Part shown: in pieces, positions 27,874 to 38,593 of the stretch | Layout: the number at the start of each line of letters is the position of its first letter | How positions within the stretch are numbered: the first letter of the stretch is position 1 | Assembly: GCA_015680685.1 (NCBI GenBank) | Contig: MNCI01000808.1 | Coordinates: forward strand, 452,413-516,412 | Direction of reading: 5' to 3' | Source of the DNA: Gnetum montanum | Lineage: Eukaryota; Plantae; Gnetophyta | Length of the DNA: 64,000 nt | Made by a program: the position numbers and the translations under genes | Notes under the pieces: model-generated | What the model was told of the DNA's origin: nothing | What the model saw: the letters and a program-made list of their open reading frames with translations, nothing else | Databases searched by the model: none

Positions 27874-29469
27874 TGAAACACCGTAGAAATTGTGGATCGG
27901 TCTGAGGAGAAGAATCGTAGTTCAAGCAAAAGTCCACAGCAGAAATCCAGAAGGCAGAAAAACCCAAAAAGGGAGGGGGCAACTTCAAGTTTTCAAATTC
28001 CTTAAAAAATTCTAACTTTGTTGCTCCTTACGCTACATTACGAAATCTAGCGTTACTCCTTATGGTACATTACGCAACATAACATCATTTCATTCAGCGT
28101 GATTTTGCTCGATGTGGCGAAGGTAGCTTACCGAAGAAATGAAGTTAGTAGAAATTCGAACTTCAGCCAATATGACAAGTCCAAGGCCTAAGTCGTGGTC
28201 TACAACTTGTCGCGTATTCCATCAAGTCTTTTGATCAGAATTGCATTTACACTCCATTAAGTAGAGCAGCGTAATGAGCCATGAGAAGATCCAAGTCAAC
28301 TTTAAAGGAAGCACTGGTCGCTTTACGCTTTATTACGTTGCACAGCATATGCAAGCGTAACATGCTAAAAAGTTAAGCACTTTTACACTCTATAACGCTC
28401 TGCAGCATAAATAAGCGTAACATGTGTGAAATCCATTACATTACGCTCTGCTACGCTACACAGCGTAAATGAGCGTAATGTGGTATAAAGTCAGCTAAAG
28501 CAATACCAGATGCGCACTTGTCATCCATGCACTGCAATACGCTCATCAGCATATCACAGCATAATCACGAGGTGGTTTCAGCAAGAGTGTTTTACAGCAC
28601 ATCTTGCCCTCAAAGCGTAATATGATATCGCCAGTTTCAACATAAAAATTTTCCAAGTCAATGGTGTTCGAAAGTTCGAGACATGTGTCATCGAGACCGT
28701 GCCTTCCCATATGATGCTGAACTTATAAATACCCTAGTTGACAAAGAAAAAAAAGGACTTTTCCCAAAAAAGACAGAGCATAAGGCATTTTTTGAGCATT
28801 AACAATGAGAGCAAGCAATCTTCTTGGTGAAAAGACGATCCTCTTCATTGGCGGTCATCAGCAACTTTAACAAAAAATTACCGAAGGCAAAAGGAGCAGA
28901 TCAGAGATTGAGAGATCGTCTGGTGTAATTGGCAAAGTTTACTGATCAGAAGCAGTTGATCAATAGACATCCAAGCTTGACCTTCCTTGCATTTCACTTC
29001 TGGTTTATGAGGTAGATCAACCTCCATTTCGTTCTCCTTTTTTTAACAGTCCTCTTGTTGCTTTGTATGTGCCTCGCACAAAGATAAGCGAAGTTTGCCA
29101 TTAGAACATTACATCTAATACATTTAGCTTTTGAATCAAGCCATAGATCTTGGAATTATGCATATCCCCTGAATTTTGTTTTCCTTATCACATTGATATT
29201 ATCGTTATTTCGAATTTTTTTTACATTGTTTTCTACTCCTTCTACGATTCACCGAATCAAATCATTCCGTGAAACATACGCATAAATATGCATTACCGCG
29301 ATATTCGATAAATTTACTGATTAATTAAGTCCCTGTCTGATTGACAAGACCGTTCAGGGCACCGTGGATTCGTTTTCCCTAGCACGGCCCTCGCACGGAT
29401 CTGTGGTTAAAACTATGTACGTGGATCTTCGTTCAGAATTTCCAGCGACCAACGTTTTCCGTCGTTACA
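27874..29469 (+). repeat. 5' LTR of element C
   Basis: TGAAACA...TTACA; colinear with 43738-45333 (about 8 mismatches in the first ~127 nt, counted by eye); TATA cttataaata at ~28722. Confidence 0.97.
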
Positions 29470-29475
29470 GGTTTC

Positions 29476-29504
29476 TAGCGCTAGAATGAGGGGCTTGAAC
29501 CTCC
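29476..29504 (+). promoter_or_regulatory. PBS complementary to the 3' end of tRNA-Asn (extended)
   Basis: tagcgctagaatgaggggcttgaacctcc vs the reverse complement of the plant tRNA-Asn(GTT) 3' end, TGGCGCTAGAAGGAGGGCTTGAACCTCC (tRNA sequence from memory). Confidence 0.8.
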
Positions 29505-29726
29505 AATCCGTATTTTATGGGTAACCCTATATGCAATCCATACCCACATTCACATAACGTAAACATAATACCTCCAGGGAAGTTTACGAAATTGTGTGCT
29601 GTGGATTGGTCACAGTAACGATTCCTTTGGAATCCTACAGGGTAGAAAGCCTAATCATGATTCTGTTTTGCCGTCATCTTTGTTTTTAAAAACCTTTCCA
29701 TTTTTGGTTATTGATTTATCTAAAAA

Positions 29727-32700
29727 ATGGATTTTGCACATATGACTACTACCGCTATGATCGCTGTTGACATGGGTGCCACAACCGTAAATCCCAGCAC
29801 CGTTCCCAAATTGGTTTTCAGCGCGGCAAGACCTCACGGACCATCGTGTCATTCATTGAGATTACAAGGTAGGGATCCTTCATTCACCATCTTAACTCCT
29901 GAAGAATATAACTTCATTTGCATCAATATCCAGGCAAACCTCGCCCTTAGCCGAGCTGAGATGGAGGCAAAACAACATTATGAGTTGATCTACAAAGGGG
30001 GTCAAGACTTCACCCCTACCGCATATGACTACATCCCCCTTACTAAGCATTATCATGAACTTTTGTCCCAACTGGTTATGGCTAGGAATCGGATTACACC
30101 ATCTATTCTAGAGCCACAAAACGAGGAGGAGGAGGAAGATGAATTCGTAGCTCAGTCTGAACGCACGGATTCATATCATACCCTTAGCCCCCACACATAT
30201 GCGAATCCCCTATTTCATCCCCTCACCAACGAAGTTGCCCATCTCAACCCGATCATGGCCACCCAAATGCACATTCCCATTCCCATCGCCCCACAGGCCA
30301 CCACGCAACCCTCGACCTTGCAGGTGCAAACGCCACCTCAGAGTAATGTAAGAATAATTTTCTCACCGCATGTAATCAGGATTCCATCACTGATACCTGC
30401 GTCCATTTCCCCCCATTTCATTCACCAAGTGCAGGTCCATACCATGCCTATAACTTGCCCAGTGCAAAATCCGATGCAAACCTTATCATCACAGCCTATT
30501 GCAAGTTAACAGATTGCACCTACCATTCAATCGTAGCGATCTATGCAACAACCTATGGCTGGTCAGTGGATCATGCCTGTTGCTCACAACGGTCAATCTA
30601 TGTTCCATGGTGTGCAACCCTTGGCTGCATCTACCATGCATGTCCCATAGGTGATTGCAGAACATCCTCACACCTTCCATCCTACACATTCAGGGACGGC
30701 CAACTTGTCCGCACAGCCTATCGGGTGGTGGGTTCCGCAGGTGACTTCGTCCACGGGGACAGTGCCCGTCGCACCATTTGTTAGCCAAGTTACCACACCC
30801 TTTCCATTGCCTAATACTACTCTCCCAATCAAACCCCTTGCTCCTCAGGCATTGACATCGTCATCAACAGGTCTGGACCAAGCTTTCTCGCTTATTCAGA
30901 CTCTCACTGAGGAAGTCAAGCACCTTAAAGCTACTACCTCTGATACAATACAGGTCATGGATTTCTACAATGATGACCCCATCAGCCCAGTAGTCCCCAT
31001 GTTGTCGCTGCCTCTAGGGATGTCTTTGCCCCATTTTACCAAATACAACGGGGAAGGTGATCCTAATGCTCACCTAGTTACCTCTAGATTTGAATCCCTA
31101 CTACTACAAAAATGGCCTCATACAATTATCTGTGTCTTCGCAATGTCTCTGGCAGGTAAAGCCTTGGACTGGTACCGAGCACTCCCTCGCTTTTCCATCT
31201 CAACCTTGGAAGAACTTCTAACACAATTTGTGACTCGTTTTAAATACAATTTAAAATCAAAGGTCACATTAGATCAACTTATGGGGGTGAAACAAGACCC
31301 ACTCGAGGAAGTCCAGAAGTTTATACAACGATGGAGCGCTAATCTGAATGAAATCCATGAGCCTATCACGAAAGCCCACCTATTGGCTATTTTCAAAGGA
31401 GCAGTTAACGAATTCATCAAGTCTAAACTATATTACCTCGCCCCTCGCTCCCTAAGTCAGGCCTTCGCCCAAACTAAGAGCATCCAAGATGCTGCGGAGG
31501 CTAGCAAAGACCCAACGTATGTGGCCTATAAGAACACTAATAGCAAGGGTAAAGACAAAGCTAAAGCAACAACGACGAAAGTAGCTGCATTGGTCGAGGG
31601 TGCCAAAAAGAAGAATAACAAGAAGGCACCCACAACGCTTGATGAGACCACAGCTAGTGTAAGAAGCACCAGCCAAGAAACACCCACCCCTGAACAGCCC
31701 TCATAAGCAAAACCGAACTTCAAGCATAAAGATCTTTCGAAATATACAGCCATGCCCATAAAGCATTCGAAACTACTGAAATAATTATTAGGAGCAGGAT
31801 ATATTCAAAACAAGAAAATATCTGAAGAAGCTCTGAAACTTCACAGGCATCATTGTGAATTACTGAGGAACCCTTCTTCGGCTCTACCCAATGAACTGCC
31901 AGTCCCTAAGTCTTTCAAGCTGGATTGTTTTTGTGACTACCACCAGTTGTGTGGTCATGATACCGATTATTTCTAGGCATTGAAGGATGATATTCAATGC
32001 ATGATTGACAATGGTTCTTTGAAATTAGATAGCAGTAGTCCGATGCGTCCCGAAAACCAGGCGATGCATGTGTATAAAGACCCGTTAAATGCAAATGATG
32101 CAGCGTACAAAATCAACATGGTAAGTACGGATAGTGAGGGGAAGGTACTACCTAAGAAACCCTTTGTGTTACGTGTACCTATCAGTTCACCCTAGGGGGC
32201 AAGTTCCTCACCAGTAGTTGGCAGAGCCTCGAGGCCACCCTTTATTATTAGGACGCCTTCTCAAACTGTAACTCAGTCACCTACTTACAATAAAACCGCG
32301 GCCATGCCTGCGCCTACCCCTAAGGCACCTTTTATCCTTAGGGTGCAAAGACCACCAGTTCTCCCTTTTATGCAGGAGCGAGTCTCTAAACCTCCATCCA
32401 AAAAAAAAGGGAAAGAGAAGCGCCAATTAACGTAGCCAAAGACCACTCTACGCTAGGGTTTGCTAGGCCTAGGCCCCTGGCTTCTATAGCTCCGTCTACA
32501 CCTCCTGAGCAAGAAAAAGGTACAGAAACACAGCCACCTCCCCTTAGCAGAAAGAAACACAACCCTCTGATCGATACTATTCTGCCTCGGGAAATTCATC
32601 TTCTAGGGCGAATGGAAGAAGAAAGGGGAGACAAGCAACCCAGCCAAGAGCGGGATCTCCTTGACGCATTTACGGAAGTCAAGCAGGCTCTAAAAAAAAG

Positions 32701-33500
32701 AACATAATATTGAGCCTCTATGATTTACTTATGACGTCTCAAAAGCACCGGGAGGCTATGGTCCATATGCTGACATCCATACCTGCGGATGAAAGCTTAC
32801 CAGCGAAAGAGGAAGCGATACATGCTGTCATGTTTCCCCCTACTGCTGGGTGACCTAAACCTACCTCGTTGACCTTTCATGATGAATCCTTCAAAGATGA
32901 TCCTAAGAAAGGTTGGGTGACAACAGAACCCATGTTCGTCACCATCCAGGTTGGTCGACACCGAATCCAGAGGGTGCATGTTGATGACGGTGTAGCTAAA
33001 AATGTCATCCCTTACACTATAGTGGATAAGTTGGGCCTGGTCGATTAGATCAGTCCCACGACGACATCGTGCTTAAAGTCATTCAACGGGGAACAGGTTC
33101 AAGTCAAAGGGATGGTACACATCAATTTTGTGGCAGGAGATCAGTTCCCAACAAATGCCACATTCATTGTTGTTGAGGAGATGCCTGGATTCAATCTGAT
33201 CCTAGGGAGGTCTTGGCTAGCCCAACTGAGGGCAGTTTCATCATCGATACACCAAGAGATACATCTACTTTATGCAAGGGGAGAGGTAGTGATACATGGT
33301 GATGGAATAATGCCTGGAACTGTCAATAACATAGAGGAAGAATGGGGTTCGGAAACTGAAATGCCCGAAGACCAAACCCATGTCCAAGTTTTTGAATAGG
33401 TCGAAATGACCAATGACAGCCTGGCCTGGGTAGACCTACCATTTCAGGGAGAGGAGGATGATGTGAAGGAGCTAGGTCATACATCTCCTCACTTTCATTA
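29727..33500 (+). pseudogene. gag: gag-protease polyprotein of element C (premature stops, at least one frameshift)
   Basis: ORFs 29727-30509 and 30651-31706 are in the same frame. Retrotrans_gag core (KYNGEGDPNAHL, FAMSLAGKALDWYRALP); Cys/His knuckle FCDYHQLCGHDTD ~31930; protease IQRVHVDDGVAKNVIP ~32965 and FNLILGRSWL. Confidence 0.92.
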
Positions 33501-33691
33501 GTTTTGCCATTTACGCTTATCAGTTTTGACCATCATGCTTGTTTAGTATACATATAGTTATGTCTTTTATCAATTACGCCATTTACGTTTCCTAGTTTAC
33601 ACCATTTATGCTTTCCAATTTCTATTAGTTAAATCGATGCAATTACTCAAATATTTACATTTTTATCAACTACATTCCCTGATATACGCAA

Positions 33692-33985
33692 GTGGCCCGC
33701 AACGGCCTAAAACTAGTAGTGGCCCGCAACGGCCTAAAACTAGTAGTGGCCCGCAATGGCCTAAAACTAGTAGTGGCCCGTAATGGCCTAAAACTAGTAG
33801 TGGCCCGCAACAGCCAAAAACTAGTAGTTGCCCGCAACGGCCTAAAACTAGTAGCGGCCCGTAATGGCCTAAAACTAACAAAGGCCCAAAATGTCCCTAA
33901 ACTAAAACATCCCATTTCTATTTTTATGCAAGACCTGTATTTTATGCAAACGCTATGTGATGGCCCACAATGGCCTTAAACTAGC
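33692..33985 (+). repeat. 27-bp tandem repeat (gtggcccgcaacggcctaaaactagta), ~7 copies plus degenerate copies
   Basis: Directly visible; produces the VVARNGLKL repeat in the ORF track. Confidence 0.95.
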
Positions 33986-34170
33986 AACTCCATCCAATGG
34001 TTACAATAACACCACAGTCTCAAAACCCTCAATAATTCTATTTATGCTTTGTATAAATAAAAACACAAAATTAAAACAAAAAAAAACATAGAGAAACTTT
34101 TGTGATTAATCATGCTAAAATTCATATTGTCTTTGTTCCATTTCACAAATAAAATTGTGCGTAATCACAA

Positions 34171-37100
34171 TTACGCATCCTCTCCACCACCACAGTCTCC
34201 CGTATCTCTTAATTTCGCTTCTAAGCCTTGCAAGTCATCTTCATATGGGCTGTACCTTATAGGAAGTATCCCCTCATCTTCGCGGGGTGCTTCCACTAAA
34301 ACTTGCTCTCCAGGTCCACAATTCGCGTCGTTACGCTCTCCTTCCTGAACACATGCCCCATCCTGTTCACCTCCTTCGTTTGTTTCTTGTAACTACATAC
34401 AAAAAATATATCAGCAAAAGCTATGATAGGATAAGTCAAAACACAAAAAAAAAAAATATTTCAAATTCAATAATATTGAAACTTATTAGCAAAGGGGAGT
34501 TGATCTAAGCTAACCCATAGACGTTGCATAATCTCGTCTTCGGTCAACTCAGACCATACGCCGTTCCCCAAGTTAGTTCCAGCCTTAAGCTTCCCCTTCT
34601 CGACGCTAGTCCACCGAGGAGGTTCGGGGAAGAAGGTAGGGACTATGGTCTCTCCCCCAGGAAGAGTAATCTCTCTTTCTGGGGATGTGCTCACCGTCAC
34701 ATGCTCCTGGAACTTCTTGAAGGCCTCAGACGCACCAATGACATCAAGGAACATTCGCAAGGATTGAGCTTCAACAACGGAATCACGATAAAGCTGACGA
34801 TAAGCGACACTGTCTCGCTTATACAGATGCTTATGATCTTTTTCTGTCTGTCCCCACTCTTGGACACTTGAGCAAAAGTCCTTCCAGTCTTGATTCTTCT
34901 GGTCTAGGAGCTCTATTTGCATCCTTTGCTCAATTAATTCGTGACTAGTTTGCACGTTGTTTCTGACTGTGGTCCAATAGCGAGCGTACTCAATCATAGC
35001 TGTTCGCCAGTCCTTTTGACCCATTTCTTGAGCTTGTAGGAATTCACATCACGATCTTAAGTCTCTGACCTCTCTGGTCAGAGACATCCTTTCCTTCTCT
35101 GATCTCTGCAGCCTCTTCCAGAGGTCTTCATTGACATTCTGACTCTCCCACAAGGAGCGGGTTGAACGTAATGCACATTTATGCATCTCTTCGTAAATGT
35201 TGCGTGGAACGACTATTGCTTCTGATCCAGGTTCGGTGGTGTCCAAGTCAATGGCCTCCGTAGAGTCCCATCGAAAGTGAGCTCCTAACAACAAATATTA
35301 GATCAAATGTAATTACGCACTGTAACCTAATAAAAAAATAAGAATGGAATAGTCGCAGCATACCAGCGCTAGGATTGATGCGCTCCAAGCGCCTAATCAT
35401 ATCACTGATGATGCCTTCCATGAAGGAAAATTTATCGGGGAAGTCGCCCCATGCTCTGCTTACAACGGTGGATGGGGAATCACCTTGTTCATCTGTGGCA
35501 TAATTAAGTCAAGAATTTTGACTAATAACAGAATCACTTAAAAAATTTTCATACACTGACTACCTCTTCCTGTCCTAGTAGGAAGTGCGTCAATGTTCTC
35601 CACTTCTATTCTCTCTTCGTGCACAGGGCTCTGTGCGTTATTAAATCTAGTAACTGGGGCCTCCTCTTCCAAAACTGGGGCCCCTTCCTCACGCCGTAAC
35701 ACCATAGCCCCTGTTTCAGGGGTCAACTGCTTTGTAGGTCTCCCTGTTTCTGTCATATAATACACTTAAATAATTCAAAAAGTCTTGAATAAGTCACGAA
35801 AAATAACAATTACCATAACTTGTACTCTATCCTCTCGCTTACCAGGTGGAGGCTTACTCTGCTGAAACCTGACTTGCACAGTTCTTCCTACGCCTCTTGC
35901 CGGCTCCACAGGCGTTTCGGTTCGAGGCCTTTTACGCTGAACCGAAGCATCCACTATTTCTGCCACTAGTCGCTTCCCCCATGATGCATCACCCATGTAA
36001 GAGGGAAGCACCCCACCTACGGTGTTAGGACCTTGCATTCGAGGTGCCTCCACATCCTTAGTTGTTATAGAAAATGACTCCCCAATTCCCTTCAGAGGAT
36101 CCTGTGACCGGGTAGTGCCAAAGATATTGGAGATCCAGGGTTTGGATAACTGGTCTCGGTCCTATTGCACCCAGACCCCATTCCTCTGGACCACTAGAAA
36201 TTTGGCAAAACGCCAGAGGCAAGCTATGAAAAAAGAAAAGTGCACACTGAAATGGGACTCAAGCTTTTGGCGGAGCCTGATCATCTCAGTGCGTAGCCCT
36301 TCGGTGAAATAGCTTGCCCAGTCGAATTGGGTCCCTTCCTCTATCACCTCTCGCATGATACGAGCTTGTTCTATGGTGAATAGCTTCCCCGCAAGAGTGT
36401 TCTGGGGAAAGCTTGGGCTCGGAAGAGGGGCTAGATGGTTTTGGCAACCTCCAAAATGATCTTTTCGTAAGGGATCCCCTTCATGTCCTTCTTGGTCCCC
36501 AGCCACTCCTCCAGCTCTTCTTGACATTTGAGGCTCCTCCTCGACTTCTCTTCTATGGGAAGACCATCAGAGGGGATGCCAAAAATGTCAGTGAACAGCT
36601 GAGCATCAATGTCAAAATATACACACACGTTACGTATGTGTGTACAAAAACACTCAGCCCCCTCACTGAAGGAGTTGACCAGGGTTAAAATTTCACTTGC
36701 GGGGACATCAGGGGTTACAGACAAGAATAGATGCATCAACCTTGCCTCCCATAGCTTAGTAACCAATGCAGCTGAGGCCACCGCATGGCCTAGCCAGCAT
36801 TGTGCTTCCTTTATATCACCATAGCGGAAGAGGAGAGTGTTTGCCTCGTGGACGGAAATCGTGATAGTCACTTCCCGAGATTCCCTCACTGATAGCACAT
36901 GTCGAGACAATGTTAAAAAATTTCTCAACCAACAATATTCTGTAACTAATTTTGATGATGAAGCCTTACCAGGTCCAAATGGCAAAGGAAATGGAGGGAG
37001 CTTCTGCTGCACGTCTACGAGAGTGAGAGGAGGGTTCAAAGTCCATTCCTCATGTAACCATTTGAGGCTCTGACAATTCTTGAAAGCATCGGAGTAACGG

Positions 37101-38185
37101 GTGGGATACTCAGGAATCTCGAAGGCCATTTGCCGCATGACATCAGCACGTACGTTACTAGTGGATGTAAACTCATTTACCTCCCTTTCGATCAGGGACA
37201 ATGTATCATTGTTGCCCAGCAACCCACTCTCGTTGATAAAGAACCTATATCATATAGCACATTATTATCCAGTTCAAACATTATAAAATATATTAACATC
37301 ACTGCAAGAAAAATGACTTACCCGCCTGAGTAAAACACCGTGCCAGGTGGATTATGAAAGTAGGTTGAGACATGATGGGCTATGAACAGGGTGTTATAAG
37401 CATGATAACAACTAAATCTAGGCATCTCCCAAATCCAACTTAAACGCCTCAACCCTTTGGCGCTAAGTTCGTGGTCCTGGGGCCGACCAGTGTCAATAGC
37501 TCCGTCTGTCAAGAAAGCCAAAATACCTTGTGTAGAACCGACTAAAAAATGTTCCAGAATGGCCACAGCCACATCGCCCGACAGATGTGATCAAACGATG
37601 ATGTAGTAGTTATGCAGAAAAAACTGCAAGAACTCCCGCACATGCTTCCGGAAACATATTGCTTTCCCCTGTAGGCGGGTTTGAGGGGGAGGAACATTGG
37701 TTGCGTGAGGGTTTATACAACATAAAACCCTGACTATGTCCAAAACAATTAGGACAAGTTTCACCAGTATACTGTACAAAATGTAAACATGTTATCATTA
37801 GAAGAAAATCTAAATCTAGATTTCATTGCATGCTTAGAAAAATTGCAGATTACGCTCTAGCCGTGTAGCCAAAATCACTTAAACGCTTGCAACAGTGCAA
37901 GGTTTGTCTCAGATAATGGCGATGAATGCAATACCGCTGTCTAAACCCTTGTTCTAATACAAGGTCTGTATTCTTAAAACGCTAGTTTACGTAGATGACT
38001 AAAAATGAATAAAGAAAAGAAATATATATGATTAACAGCAATGCGAATAAGCAAGGGATGGCCTACCGATTCAAGGGGTTAACATCTCGTACTTCAACCA
38101 AAGCTTGCGAAGTGCATTGCAGACTCCCCTGCACTTCGTCAATTTTCGCCAGTTTAGCATTCTTTCCTCTCACCTTCGACGCCAT
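34171..38185 (-). pseudogene. Antisense 8-exon accessory gene (~1065 aa): FCP1/NIF-like HAD domain + extra-ORF-like domain + coiled coil; 4 premature stops and 1 frameshift in this copy
   Basis: Exons 38185-38067, 37771-37322, 37244-36970, 36888-35843, 35749-35564, 35492-35364, 35284-34515, 34392-34171. All introns are GT..AG (295, 77, 81, 93, 71, 79, 122 nt). Splice phases are consistent once a 1-nt deletion near 36405 is allowed. Introns 1-4 are shared with the copy in D. Confidence 0.85.
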
Positions 38186-38593
38186 GGTCACAGTTCTATG
38201 AACCTTCGCAAATAACGCATTGCTATCTTTTGCTCTCTCTCTCTCTCTCTGTAATAGCTGAATTTGAATTCGCAATAGCCAATAGCCTATTTTCGATATG
38301 AACCGCTTCCTTATAACATACAAGACTAATCGACTTGATGCCCAATTAAAGCGGGACTTTCCTAGATGCTGGTGTCAACATGAGATGGAACCTGAAGATC
38401 AGGGCATTAATGCGGTAGATATCGCATGGAGCATTGTCTGAAATGACATTAAACTACTACACCTTATCACTTCGTAATTGGGTCACATTAATTACAGGCT
38501 ATTCACGATATTCAAAATTCAGTTAGCTCTTCACGCTCAGCAACGTCATACCATACCTTCTCCTAATCACTTGCATATTTGACAATTTTGTAG

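Noticed and set aside
29476-29504. tRNA gene
   Set aside because: Only the complement of the 3' ~29 nt is present, directly after an LTR, so it is a PBS.
31452-31759. Short antisense ORFs overlapping gag and pol (also e.g. 38959-39264, 39493-39804, 57627-57857)
   Set aside because: Shadow frames of the retroelement coding strand with no independent evidence.
33666-33985. CRISPR-like array, or repeat-protein ORFs (VVARNGLKL / LLVLGRCGP)
   Set aside because: Head-to-tail 27-bp units with no unique spacers and no cas genes, in a eukaryotic TE context. The ORFs are by-products of a stop-free unit whose length is divisible by three.
36431-37222. 263-aa ORF as a standalone single-exon gene
   Set aside because: It spans exon 3, an in-frame stop-free 81-nt intron (confirmed by the non-alignable 84-nt intron at the same place in D) and part of exon 4.
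34171-38185. Antisense gene as an ordinary host gene or an independent nested transposon
   Set aside because: It lies inside a TSD-bounded element, has no termini of its own, and recurs at the same position in diverged element D.
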